Positions 1-12,954 of a stretch of DNA of 64,000 nt are shown here, in pieces (positions within the stretch are counted from its first letter, which is position 1; every line of letters starts with the position of its first letter). A program made the translations under genes and the position numbers. The notes under the pieces are model-generated. The model saw only the letters and a program-made list of their open reading frames with translations. It searched no databases and was not told the DNA's origin. Source of the stretch: Octopus vulgaris. Lineage: Eukaryota. Location of the stretch: positions 32,426,001 through 32,490,000 of the forward strand of contig OX597835.1 of NCBI GenBank assembly GCA_951406725.2. Reading direction: 5' to 3'.

Positions 1-32
<32 letters not shown>

Positions 33-155
33 TCTCTCTCCATTGCTATATATGTTTACTTATTTATATATATGTGTGTGTTACATATATATATATATTG
101 TATAAAAAATAAATAAATATAGATATGTATAAAAATATATGTAGATATGTATAAG

Positions 156-200
<45 letters not shown>

Positions 201-425
201 ATATTTAATGTAATTACATCAATAGATTTTACGTGGCACCATATGTTGGTAACCTCCAAAGATGACCAAGAAATGTCACTTCCATTTACTACACTTTACG
301 TTTATTATTAAATCTACCATTTTCAAATCGAATTTAAATATTGTCACTTCAGAATCTTGTTAAACTGTGCATATCATCATCATCATCATCATCATCATCA
401 TTATCATCATCAGCTTTATTATTAA

Positions 426-473
<48 letters not shown>

Positions 474-479
474 CATATT

Positions 480-895
480 TATGAGTTTTTCTTCTTTCAA
501 ATTTGCTTCCATTTCTTGCCGTGTGTCTTCCCGTCTCCTAGGGCAAAGAAACTCATTGTATACATTGGTAGGCCATTAAACTAAACTCACTAGTTCGTTA
601 ATTTTTTTTTATAGGAATAAAGTTAAATTAAAATACATGGGTAGTAATAGTTCTCACATCGACAATGCTCTTCTCAATACGTGTAACGTACTAGTTAAGA
701 CAATCTTTTGAACGTCTTGCAGGTATGGTAAGCCAGGGATCATTCTCATATAATTTTCAGTTCCCTTCTTGATCATTCCTAGTGCTCCTACGATCACTGG
801 TATTGTAACCGCCTTTGAGATGCCACATTTTCTCAATTTCAATGAGCAAGTCTTTATATTTTTTGAGCTTATCAAATTCTTTCGCCGAGATATTA
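480..895 (-). mobile_element. 3' fragment of a REL-endonuclease non-LTR retrotransposon (R4/Dong-like), embedded in (TAA)n
   Basis: Minus ORF 654-875 ends ...AVTIPVIVGALGMI...LQDVQKIVLTSTLHVLRRALSM*, the typical C-terminus of R4/NeSL-type elements. A 3' UTR follows, and both sides are (TAT/TAA)n tracts. Confidence 0.7.
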
Positions 896-910
896 TGAGA
901 TATTATGAGA

Positions 911-947
<37 letters not shown>

Positions 948-1867
948 TTATTATTATTATTATTATTCGTTTTACCCTTTTCATTATTTTATATCGGTTT
1001 GACTTCTCTATAAGATCGATGTTATGATGTAGGTGAGTTAATATAAGAACCTTGTCTCGAGTTACAGTAAATACTAATAAGGACAACTAGTATTGATTAA
1101 AATGTCTTCATTATGCCTTACATTGAAAGAAATCTGTCATTATTCTTTCTTTATTCTGTTACTTGTTTCAGACAGACTGCGGCTATGCTGGAGTACCGCT
1201 TTAAATGGTTTTAATCGAACAAATCGACCCCAGGACTTATTCTTTGTAAGCCTATTTCTTATTCTATCGGTTTCTCTGCTGGGATATTATTAGTAAGGAT
1301 AAACTTTATAGAATGGGGATAAAAGATACGACTTATGCGTGGAGGAAATATACCAAATTTTCACTTCTAAATTCAGTCTTATAAACACAAGACAAGAACT
1401 AGCTCTAAGATGCCTTCATGAAAGAAAATTTACATTTAAACAATTCAAATAAATACCTTACACTTTTTATAATAATAATTATTATTTTTAAAAAATTGGG
1501 GAAAACAAGAACCAAAAATTTGATTGAATACCTCTAAACTAAGAATAATCTCTTTGAAATGAGTAGAATGGTAAACTTCTAGTAGTAATGATAAATCTAC
1601 ATAAACCTTCAATCCAAACTTGACCTATGTTTAGGACTACGTTTTGTTTCACTTCCCACATTTAGCAGAGGTGAAACCTTGGTCAAGATTCCCATAATAG
1701 TAGCACCCAAAACTTCCTAAAAAAAAACCCCACTTTATTCATTCAGTTTGTTGACACTTTGACAAAATATCCTAACCACTCTCAGAAGATTAAGTCGGAT
1801 TTAATTACATTTCAAGCAGCATATAAAAGACAGGCATTACGAAACAATTCTTTGTAGTTATCTTCAG

Positions 1868-2192
1868 TGAAGGCGCGTGGGTTAGTGCTAGACGTGTTCA
1901 GTTTCTGGTCATAAGGTTGTGAGTTCGATTCCCGGCGGCGCGTCGTGTTCTTGAGAAAGACATTTTATTTCACATTGCACCAACCCACTCAGCTGGCAAA
2001 AATGAGCTGTACCTGTAATTCACGGGGATCAGCCTTGTTAAATTCTGAGTCAAGCTGATTCTTCCCGAGAACTACGGCAAGGGTACGCTTGTCTGTGGAG
2101 TGCTAAACTGCTTTCATATTAATTTTCACGAGCAGGCTGTTCCGTTGATCAAATCAACTGGAACATGCGTCGTCGTAACCGACGGAATGCCA
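1868..2192 (+). mobile_element. tRNA-headed SINE, family D (other copies ~32420-32760 -, 52750-52920 -, 55655-55900 +)
   Basis: A-box-like GGCGCGTGGGTTAGTG, B-box GAGTTCGATTCCC, then TTGAGxAAGACATTTTATTTCACATTGC..CCACTCAGCTGGCAAAAATGAG shared between copies. Confidence 0.75.
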
Positions 2193-2479
2193 TTTATCCA
2201 TAGGACATCGACCCTCACTTCCTTACTACTACCCCAAGTGTCCACCAAACACAAGCACAAGATTTTAACATCTCCAACCATGAATAATAGAAGAAAAGTT
2301 TGAAGATGCTGCTGCTGTTGAGCGAACGGTTTTCGCCCCAGAGCTCGCAGGATGGGAAAAGTCCGAAACGTGGTCCTTTGCTATTCGTAAGACCCGCAGA
2401 AGAGAAAGCAGGTCAGTCCCCGACACCGAGAGCATCGACGGATGGATGAATGCGCATCCAGGTTCAGTGGTTGTGTAGG

Positions 2480-2671
2480 AGGTCGGGGACAAGAAGAAAC
2501 AGGAAGAAAGAGTGAGAGAAAGTTATTGCGAAAGAGTACAACAGGGGTCACCACTACCCCGTGTCGGAGTCTCGTGGAGCTTTAGGTGTTTTCGCTCAAT
2601 AAACACACACAACGCCCGGTCTGGGAATCGAAACCGTGATCCTCCGACCGCGAGTCCACTGCCCTAACCAT
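2480..2671 (-). mobile_element. tRNA(Arg)-like-headed SINE, family C (other copies 49651-49950 +, 50368-50650 +)
   Basis: Reverse complement of TGGTTAGGGCAGxGGACTCGCGGTCGxAGGATCxCGGTTTCGATTCCCAGACCGGGCG, matching the + copies. Confidence 0.75.
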
Positions 2672-3309
2672 CCACTGAAGATGCTGCTTAATTAGGAACG
2701 CAAGTAGTCTTTCGTGCTTTGTAATTACTGCGTGTTTCATTGTACTTTATTTTATTGTACTGCGTGTTTCATTGTACTTTATTTTATTTCTCCCATGTAA
2801 ATATTTTATGTCTTATTCTTTTACATGTTTCAGCCTTAAGGCTGTGGCCATGCTGGTGCATCAACAGTGATGTTCTTCATACATTTTTAATTCTCGCAAT
2901 TATATATTCTATAACGCTTTTATCCCTGACCTGGTTTAAATATATTTTGTCTTTCCTAGCAACAGTTATTTATTTATTTTATTTGTTAATTTGTTTATTT
3001 TATTTGTTTATTAATTTATTCATTCATTTCTTTCTTTCTTTCTTTCTTTATTTATTTATTTGCAAGGTCGGTGCATTTAATTGAATCGCTTCGAACATTC
3101 ATGGCTAATAAAGAGACATATTCATAATAATTATTATGAAGAAGGCGGCAAGCTGGCAGAAGCGTCAGCACGCCGGACAATAATCCTTTGCAGTATTCCT
3201 CCCGTCTTTACTTTCTGAGTTCAAATACCGCCAAGGTCAACTTTGCCTTTCATCCTATCGGGGTCGATGAAAATAAGTACTAGTAGTCGACTAGTTCCCT
3301 CAGATATCA

Positions 3310-3798
3310 GGGCGGGCGTAAAGAATGTGAACTGCACCCACTTAGGGTTTTATTTATTTACAGAATCTCCCATTTTCGAGTACGGAAATTCTGATTCTGC
3401 CAAAAAAAAAAAAAACCATATTTTAATTTCTGCCCCGCCCAATTCTTCAATTTTCACTTTTTTCAGAATTTTTTTTGTTTGTTTGTTTTTTTGCTTGTTT
3501 TTTTTTCTTCGAAATACGTAGAAAAATACGGAGATTATGATTCTAAAAAAAAATTTTGTAAAATTTCAATTTATAAAAAGTATATAATACCCCCACTCCT
3601 AACTCTAACCCTAACCCTAAAACTAACCCTAACTCTAAAACTAACTATTATGGCTGGGGGTGGGGAGTTAAAATTTTTAAATGCGTTTATTATTTTTTTT
3701 ATTTATTTATTTATTTTTCAGAATCTCCGTACTCGAAAATGGGGGATGCTTAAAAAAAAACCCAAAGCAGGTGCGGTCCACATTCTTTACGTCCGCCG
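3310..3798. mobile_element. MITE with ~40-bp TIRs, 6-bp TSD and internal (CCCTAA)-like repeats
   Basis: Left GGGCGGGCGTAAAGAATGTGAACTGCACC vs right GGTGCGGTCCACATTCTTTACGTCCGCCG; flanks ATATCA/ACATCA; CTAACCCTAACCCTAA near 3600-3630. Confidence 0.8.
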
Positions 3799-4571
3799 AC
3801 ATCAGGCATTGTGCCTATAGAAGAAAGGATTATTATTATGAAGATGGCAATAAACCGGTAGAATATTTATCGCATTAGACAAAATGCTCAATGGCATTTC
3901 TTTCGGTTTTATACGTTCCGAGTTCAAATTCCACCTATCCTCATAAATACTAGTCTTGTGTCTATAGTTAGGTAACGATGCCGAGCTCGTTTCTTTACTA
4001 AATATCCTTCGCTCTTTCAATTTCAGTACAAAAGGAAAACTACATCGAATTAAATAAATTTGAGAGAAGGAAAAACAAATAAGTTAACACACTTAGGTCT
4101 AGGAAAGCGGGAGCTTAACCAGTTTTCCCATGATGCAAAAGATTCAGTCAGATGTTTGGTATCGACTAAATTCTCGCCGAAGACTACGTTGTTTATATGA
4201 AGTGTCTATTAATGAAGTTATTTAGCTATAGGACGCAAGTTTATACCTTCTAAATCAGTTGATACAAGCTGGAGTCGTTCTGCATATTTTTTGCATTTGT
4301 CGCCAGTGACGAAAAGTCACTGGAAAAAGGATATATGTATTTGCATTGGGACCACTTCGCATCGAAGACCGGTGAGAAGACTTTTGGATCACCTTGTACT
4401 TGCGGATAGTGCAAAGGTGACTGAGATGACAAGACTGCCTCCTGAACGGGACGACGGTCAAATGCAGGTTTAGCTTCCTACTGATTGGTGGAACTCCTTT
4501 ACAACTGAGTGGACTGGAGCAACGTGAAACGAAGTGTTTTACTGAAGAATACAATGTACCACCAAGTCTGA

Positions 4572-4666
4572 GAATCAATTCTTCAATCTTCAATCAATTC
4601 TTCAATTCTTCAATTCTTCAATCAATTCTTCAATTCTTCAATCTTCAATCTTCAATTCTTCAATCA
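4572..4666. repeat. Short tandem repeat of CAATTCTT/CAATCTT units
   Basis: Directly visible; it lies inside a decayed SINE head. Confidence 0.85.
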
Positions 4667-5679
4667 AAACCACGACAGTAAAATTGCGAGTGCAACAACT
4701 TAATCACTAAAAAAATGCCCCTTCATGTAACACCCGAAAAAAACAATTTTCAAATATCTTAATTTTTAAATGCAATTCCTAATAATAGTTAACAATAAAA
4801 ATACAGAAGGATTTTTTAAACCACGATTGGCTGTGGAGGCTCAGTTGGGTATAATAGGAATCAGAGGGGTCCATAAATAAATAAATAATGGTTGAGAACC
4901 GCTAGTTTAAAATATTCGAAAAAAATATTTCAAATAACAATAGATTTCAGTCCAAAGAGTTAACGTTTAGTAATTGTTGACATAGAAGCGAATATAAGCG
5001 GCCGAAATTGGGTTTCTCTAAAGGATCTCTGGAACAACGTTACTCGACAGGGGGCGTAAGCAGTCTCTCAAGATCAGCCTGCTAATTCTTCACATTGAGA
5101 GGTCACAGCTCTGGTACTACGAACAACAATCTGCTGAGGTGGACTTTGCCTTTCATTCTTTCGGGGTCGGTAAATTAAGTACTAGTTGTGCATGGGGTCA
5201 ATCTAATCGACTGACCCCCCTCCCCAAAAAATTTTGGGCCTTGTGCCTAGAGTAGCAAAGATTCAATTTACATTTATTGGTGTCTGATTGTTGAATATAA
5301 ATTACCAAATTCTTCTAAAACTGAGTGTTTTATTGATATCGGCCTGGATCCCATTTTTTTCTTCCTATATATGTGTGTGTGTAAGTTTGTGTGTGTATGT
5401 GCGTATGTCTATGTGCGCACGCGTGTGTGTTTCTGTCTGTTTGTCTCCCACCACCGCTTGACAACCGGTGTTGGTGTGTTTATGGCCCCGTAACTGAGCG
5501 GTTCGACAAAAGTGATGTTAGAACAAGTATCAGGCTTAAAAAGAAAATTAGTAATGGGGTCGATTAGTTCGACTAAAATTCTCCAAGGTGATGCGCCAGC
5601 ATGGCCAGAGTCTAATGAAAGACACAAGTAAAAGATTATAAATATATACATACAAACACACGCATGCACACACACACAC

Positions 5680-6447
<768 letters not shown>

Positions 6448-6605
6448 GTTAATCCAAACAAGAAAGCACAAAAAAACACAACAACGCGAGGACGTGGAAC
6501 AAATATAGTATTATTGGACGCTCAGGAAAGAAGGAAAGAAGGAGGGTTTAACGTTTCGAGCGGAGGCTCTTCGTCGGAAACATAGGAAAAGGAAAGATCC
6601 AGAGA
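6448..6605 (-). mobile_element. ~180-bp hammerhead-bearing element, family H1 (core mutated to CCGACGA in this copy)
   Basis: Homologous to 31225-31413 (-), 59976-60176 (+) and 61296-61504 (+); abuts (TA)n. Confidence 0.8.
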
Positions 6606-6902
6606 TATATACAGACACACACACACACAATCGTCTTCCAATTCGTTTCTGTCTCCTAAATTCACTCACAAAGCATCGGTTGGCTCGGGGGCATAGTAGA
6701 AGGCACTTGCACAAGGTGCCGCGCAGTGGCACTGACCCCGTAGCCACGTTGTGATTGCAAAGTTAACTTCTTAACCGTATAACCATGCCTGCGCCGATAG
6801 ACAGATACATACATACATACATACATACATACATACATACATACATACATACATACATACATACATACATACACACACACATACACACAGATAGATAAGT
6901 AC

Positions 6903-7197
6903 GAGTTGGTAGAAACGTTAGCACGCCGGGCGAAATGCTTAAGTATTTCGTCTGAGTTCAGATTCCGCCGAGGTCGACTTTGCCTTTCATCCTTCCGGGG
7001 TCGATTAAATAAGTACCAGTTACGCGCTGGGGGTCGATATAATCGACTTAATCCGTCTGTCTGTCCTTGTTTGTCCCCTCTGTGTGTAGCCCCTAGCGGG
7101 CAGTAAAGAAATAAGATAGATACATACATACATATACATAGATAGATAGATAGATATATAGATAGATAGATAGATAGATATCTATCTTATCTATCTG

Positions 7198-7242
<45 letters not shown>

Positions 7243-7425
7243 GTGTATATGTATGTATGTATCTATCTTATTCTTTACTGCCCGCTAGGGGCTACACGCA
7301 GAGGGGACAAACAAGGACAGACAAACGGATTAAGTCGCTTATATCGACCCCAGTGCGTAACTGGTACTTATTTAATCGACTCGAAAGGACGAAAGGAAAA
7401 GTCAACCTCGGCGGAATTTGAACTC

Positions 7426-7427
<2 letters not shown>
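6903..7427. mobile_element. Two tail-to-tail copies of SINE family B (6903-7113 +, 7270-7427 -) separated by (GATA)n/(TATC)n
   Basis: TCTGAGTTCAxATTCCGCCGAGGTCGACTTTGCCTTTCATCC..GGGGTCGATTAAATAAGTACCAG and its reverse complement. Confidence 0.85.
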
Positions 7428-7502
<75 letters not shown>

Positions 7503-8435
7503 ATAGATAGAGGTGGTATGCATGTGTGTGTGTATGTATATGCATTACACATGTATGTATCTATAATTTGTACATTTGCTATACTGAATGTTAAATTAGA
7601 AGCAGGTATGGTAAAAAAAAAAAAAAGAATATATTTATGTAAAGATGAAAAGCATGAAGCAAAAACTTAATAACACACTACAATGAAGTGAATTCTGCTT
7701 ATCTACGTTCAAACTTCTCCAAGGACGATTCTGCCCGTCAGGTCCATCTTGTATCTCACAGAAGAAACATAAAAGGAGAGTGTGGGGAAAGAAGAAAAAA
7801 AATGGGAAGACAAGAAGATATATACACGCTCTGCTTTCATCGATGTTATTGTCCATCTTGATTAGGTAGCCCCCCCCAAAAGAAAAATTCCATTTACATA
7901 ATGCAAATAAACCAACTTACCAAAGTCATACATTGTAGATATATAAGAAACACGTGTGTGTGTGTGTAAAGGTGTTGTGTTTTCCTTTGAAGTTTTCCCG
8001 ACTGTACGCTTTGGTGAGTTTGCTTTTATGTTGTCAATGTATACAGTTTGTATACCTGTATCGAGGTGTTTTTATTTTCTATATATACAGGTTGTTTTTT
8101 TTCCAGCTGCTGGTTTGCATTCTGTGTGTGTATGTGTGTGTGCCCGTGTAGTGTATGCGTTTGTGTGTATGCAGATGTGTGTGTGTGTGTGTGTATGCAG
8201 GTGTGTGTGTGTGTATGTGTGTATGCAGATGTGTGTGTGTGTGTATGCAGGTGTGTGTGTGTGTGTATGTGTGTGTGTGTGTGTGTGCTCGTTTGCCTTG
8301 TAGCCAGGTTTCTTTTCTGTAAGTTTACTTTCTCTTTCCTTTTTCTTTCACTCTCTCTCTCTCTCTCTCTCTGTCTCTTTCCTACTCTTCCTTTCCCTCC
8401 CTTTATTTCTCTTTCTCTCTGTTTCCCTTCCTTGG

Positions 8436-8474
<39 letters not shown>

Positions 8475-8739
8475 TTCTTTCTCCGTTTCACATCTTTTTC
8501 TCTTTACATATCAGGTTTATTATTATTATTATTATCATTTATTTTTGTATTTGCTTTCTTTTCTTTTTACCTGTAGTGAGAGATTGTAATCCTGCAATCA
8601 TAGAACAGGTAGTGTGTGTGTACGCATGCTATACGTACCCAAGTACCCTACAATATAATGGCAGCCTTATGTACTTCAGGGAAATACTGTTGTCACATTT
8701 ACATAGATTTATAACCCCTTCGTTTGTAATCAGTTCACT

Positions 8740-8897
8740 AGGTAGCTTGCTTACGAACCACGTGGTTCTGGGTTCAGTCCCACTGCGTGGAACCTTGGGC
8801 AAGTGTCTTCTACTATAGCCTCGGGCCGACCAAAGCCTTGTGAGTGGATTTGGTAGACGGAAACTGAAAGAAGCCCGTCGTATATATGTATATATAT

Positions 8898-8947
<50 letters not shown>

Positions 8948-9196
8948 ATGTGTGTGTGTGTGTGTGTGTGTGTATGTTTGAGTGTATCTGTTTGTCCCTC
9001 TAAAATCGCTTGACAACCGATGCTGGTGTGCTTACGTCCCCGTAACTTAGCGGTTCGGCAAAAGAGACCGATAGAATAAGTACTAGGCTTACAAAAGAAT
9101 AAGTCCCGGGGTCGATTTGCTCGACTAAAGGCTGTGCTCCAGCATGGCCACAGTCAAATGATTGAAACAAGTAAAAGAGTAAAAGAGTAAAAGAGT
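8740..9196 (+). mobile_element. Dominant tRNA-headed SINE, family A, with internal (TA)n(TG)n and (TAAAAGAG)n tail; more than 25 full or partial copies in the window (e.g. 16062-16455 +, 17105-17469 -, 24986-25379 +, 26085-26514 +, 27410-27812 +, 30556-30908 -, 32009-32404 -, 41127-41514 +, 44655-45040 +, 45819-46225 +, 46961-47330 +, 56345-56772 -, 58065-58470 +, 63460-63862 -)
   Basis: GGCTGTGTGGTAAGTAGC (A-box-like; 5'-clipped in this copy), GGTTCAGTCCC (B-box-like), CCTTGGGCAAGTG core and 3' GCTCCAGCATGGCCxCAGTCAAATGACTGAAACAAGTAAAAGAG recur with high identity. Confidence 0.95.
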
Positions 9197-9431
9197 AGGT
9201 GCCAGCGTACGAAATTCCTGGCCCTTGATTGAGTTACTCAGTTACACCTGCCAAATATTAACCCTTTCTGCTATGGGCACAGGGCCCGAAATCTGCGGGG
9301 AGAGGTTGCTGATAAAATTCGCCCCTCCCCTGTATTCAACTGATCGACCCCGAATGGATGAAAGGCAAAGTCGACCTCGGTGGAGTTTGAACTCAGAACA
9401 TGAAGGCAGACCTTTCCAAATATTAATAATA

Positions 9432-9529
<98 letters not shown>

Positions 9530-9574
9530 TATATACATATATATATATATATAGATATATATATATATATATAT

Positions 9575-9771
9575 ATTTATTATATAGAAGGAGCTTCTAC
9601 AGGACTAGTACTGTTTCATTCAAGAGAAATCTTCAGGAAGCTTCCTGAAGATTTCTCTTGAATGAAACAGTACTAGTCTGTAGAAGCTCCTTCTATATAA
9701 TAAATTAATTTTACTCTGCTATGTATTGAGTACCTTACTTACTGTGGTTAACCCCGAATCAACCCGGGACC

Positions 9772-9773
<2 letters not shown>
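9575..9773. mobile_element. Foldback element with a hammerhead on each strand plus a 68-bp unique tail, inserted in (TA)n
   Basis: Spacer-less palindrome 9575-9705 (axis GAAG|CTTC at 9640/9641, one-base indel). Confidence 0.85.
9639..9688 (+). ncRNA. Type I hammerhead ribozyme motif (mirror copy on - strand at ~9592-9642)
   Basis: gcttc-CTGAAGA-t ttc tctt gaa t-GAAA-cag tactagt ctg-TA-gaagc: stems I, II and III can form; GUA cleavage triplet. Confidence 0.75.
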
Positions 9774-9843
<70 letters not shown>

Positions 9844-9856
9844 TATATATATATAT

Positions 9857-9904
<48 letters not shown>

Positions 9905-9905
<1 letters not shown>

Positions 9906-10394
9906 TAATAATAAATATTAGGGAATAAATCCAAACTTACAGGGAAAATCAGATTTAGGATTGAATCCAATTTTATAGTAAAATATTATATTATATTAAA
10001 TTAGAGATAAAACCACTATTAGGCAAATCATACAATGAAAAACTTAAGCCAATACATAAGATTATTTAATTTATATTATTTAAATATATAACAAAATTAT
10101 TTAAAATATTTAACTTGGCGAGGTTTAATCAATGAACTAAAATTTTGAATCAAAATTTTAGTTCATTGATTAAACCTCGCCAAGTTAAATATTTAAACCA
10201 CCTGATGAATGACTGTAACTCGAAAATTTAAAGAAATTAACAGCCATGAAACGATCGTAGTGTTATATTAATTATATGTTTTAAATAATTTTGTTATATA
10301 TTTAAATAATATAAATTAAATAATCTTATGTATTGGCTTAAGTTTTTCATTGTATGATTTGCCTAATAGTGGTTTTATCTCTAATTTAATATAA
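9905..10394. mobile_element. Foldback element (arms ~9991-10147 and 10150-10394) with a hammerhead in one arm, inserted in (TA)n
   Basis: Arms are reverse complements except for an ~80-nt segment present only in the right arm. A collapsed relative lies at ~46240-46302. Confidence 0.85.
10196..10264 (+). ncRNA. Type I hammerhead ribozyme motif
   Basis: cac-CTGATGA-atgactgt...acagccat-GAAA-cgatcg-TA-gtg; palindromic stem III (ACGATCGT). Confidence 0.75.
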
Positions 10395-10395
10395 C

Positions 10396-10518
<123 letters not shown>

Positions 10519-11050
10519 CATATATTTCGCCATGGCAAAATTTTCAGTCATGGTCAATGCGACGATCGCACGCTACACACCTTCCTTCCAAGCGCTGCTG
10601 TAAACAGCGAAAGTGAGCCCCAAAAAAACGTTAAAACTTAGTGCGCATGCACTGCAGAGTTCAAAGTCGACCTGTAACAAGCAGCTTTATTCTGCGTGCT
10701 TAAGTTTCGTTATCATTGCAACAGCCTGGATACTTACTGATCAGAACTCGCGCGCGTGCGTGTGTATGGGTGTGTGGGTGTGTATTATTGTTGCTGTTTA
10801 ACCAGTAAAACAGCTTGATTCGGTACCATGCAAATTTTCGTTTCGTAGGTCTTATAGACATCTAGCACGTCGGACTCAGCCACCTGAGCTCGACCAGGTT
10901 AGGTTTCCGTTAAGGTCCTGCGAATCTTGTTGCTTGAGTCCGACTCACATTAAACAGCACTATGTGTAATTCCTACTAAACGTATTCACTACCTTTTTAC
11001 CTCTTTATTCAATTTGTTCACTCATATATATATATATATATATGTAAATA

Positions 11051-11089
<39 letters not shown>

Positions 11090-11118
11090 TGTATATATAT
11101 ACATATATACATATATAC

Positions 11119-11165
<47 letters not shown>

Positions 11166-11283
11166 TACATATATATATACATATATATATATACATATAT
11201 ACATATATATATATACATATATACATATATATATATACATACATATATATATGTATATATGTATATATATATATGTATATATG

Positions 11284-11343
<60 letters not shown>

Positions 11344-11349
11344 GTACAC

Positions 11350-11486
11350 AGACTAGCAGTAATATAATTGGAGGATTAAAATCACTGAAAGCCATGGAAA
11401 GGGAAATGACCATTGAAAAAGTGATGACACCGGCGGTGCCCCAGCTTGGCCACAACAGTTGGGCTGAAACGCATAAGAGTAAAAGC
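11350..11486 (+). mobile_element. 3' end of a LINE sharing the family-A SINE tail
   Basis: GGCGGTGCCCCAGCTTGGCCAC..CTGAAAC..TAAGAGTAAAAG preceded by non-SINE sequence. Confidence 0.5.
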
Positions 11487-11748
11487 GTGTGGGTGTGCGC
11501 GCGCGCGTAACCATCTCTTTATTATTGACAAAGTGGCCTAGTTTTCACGTTGCTACAGCAGCAATAATTACGAGTAAAAATCAGTTATCGAGAATGACGG
11601 GTTTGTGGTTGTAGCGGTGGTTGAGGGGGTGGCGATATAGTGGCGGCGGTGGTGATGGTAGTGGTGGCGGTGGTGGTGCTGGCTCCAAGGTAGTAGTTGT
11701 GATACTTCCAGCCGTTGTTATATTATCGTAATCATGCAAGGACAACCT

Positions 11749-12375
11749 CATACATACATACTTACATAATAAATTAATAGATAAAATAAAACATATGCAT
11801 ATATACATACATATATGTACGTACCTACCTCTACATGTATATATACATGCATATATGGGTACAGGACACCAAAAAAAAACGTCGAACACAATGAGAAACG
11901 AAAACATAAACACAAAACCAAGGAACTGGACATTTTTCTTAAACAACGAAAAAATAGAGTACAGGACATACAATGCAAGGAAAATTCCCCTTCTTCAGTT
12001 ACCTTTATTTCATCTACTCCGCGTTTCGAAGTTTAAGGCGAGACACGACTTTAATGAAACATTCCTTCCCGCGAAAAGCAAATTAAATAAAATTTGAGAT
12101 TTTTTGTGGCGGGGTAAAAATGGTAACAAAAACAGGACAGTAAAGACAGTACAAAATGTAAACAGTAAAGGACAGGACAAGGAGAATAACAGTAACACAA
12201 ACATTGAGAGCTGTTAAGCCAGAGCGAAAGAAAAAATATTATGAACGCTTTTGAGGACGGCAAGAGAGAGACAGGAAAGCCATCCACACTTAAAGGAAAC
12301 TAGGTAGGAAAGACAGTAGCAGAACTCCCGTCGCGGGTCAACGACGGGAGGGAGGAGGAGGAGCAAGAGAAAGAT
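11749..12375. mobile_element. Unclassified repeat-like insert between (CATA)n tracts
   Basis: Strongly strand-biased non-coding block bounded by CATA repeats on both sides, like the other microsatellite-targeted inserts. Confidence 0.45.
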
Positions 12376-12954
12376 ACATACATACATACATACATACATA
12401 CATACATACATACATACATACATACATACATACATACATACATGCATGCATACGCGCGTACACACAAACACACCATCCAAATGAGTTACTACATCGAAGA
12501 GTTAAAAAACTGCTAAATTTGCGGTACTTCCTTCCCCTTCCCCTCACCGCCACCACTTCAGGCCTTATGATTTCTAAGGCCAGTTACCTGGTTTTTGTAA
12601 GGCGTATAAGTAACTAAAAGCACGGTCCGTTAAGGCCCAGCAATTTTTGAGTGGGGGCGAACCCACATCGATTACATCGACACCAGTACTTAATTGTAAC
12701 TTTATTTTATCAGTCTCCGAAGACAATGCAGATACCAACTAGGTTGGACTTCAGAATTGAAAGAGCCGGATAAAATGCTGTTAAGCATTTTGTCCGACGT
12801 GTTACTGAGTCTGCCAACTCGTCACCTATCGTATTATTGATAGCCAATGATTAATAAAACTATATTACATTAAAAATGAACTTCAATCTTGCTTGCTTGC
12901 AATGTTACACTGCTAAACTGACGCATAATAGGAAAATACTATGAATTAAGGTCC

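Noticed and set aside
2670-2712. CTGAAGA motif (also CTGAGGA at 13628 and CTGATGA at 57549)
   Set aside because: Missing a proper GAAA/UH or stem pairing.
11985-12035. GAAA and CTGAAGA on the minus strand in permuted order
   Set aside because: I could not form convincing stems I-III; not called a hammerhead.
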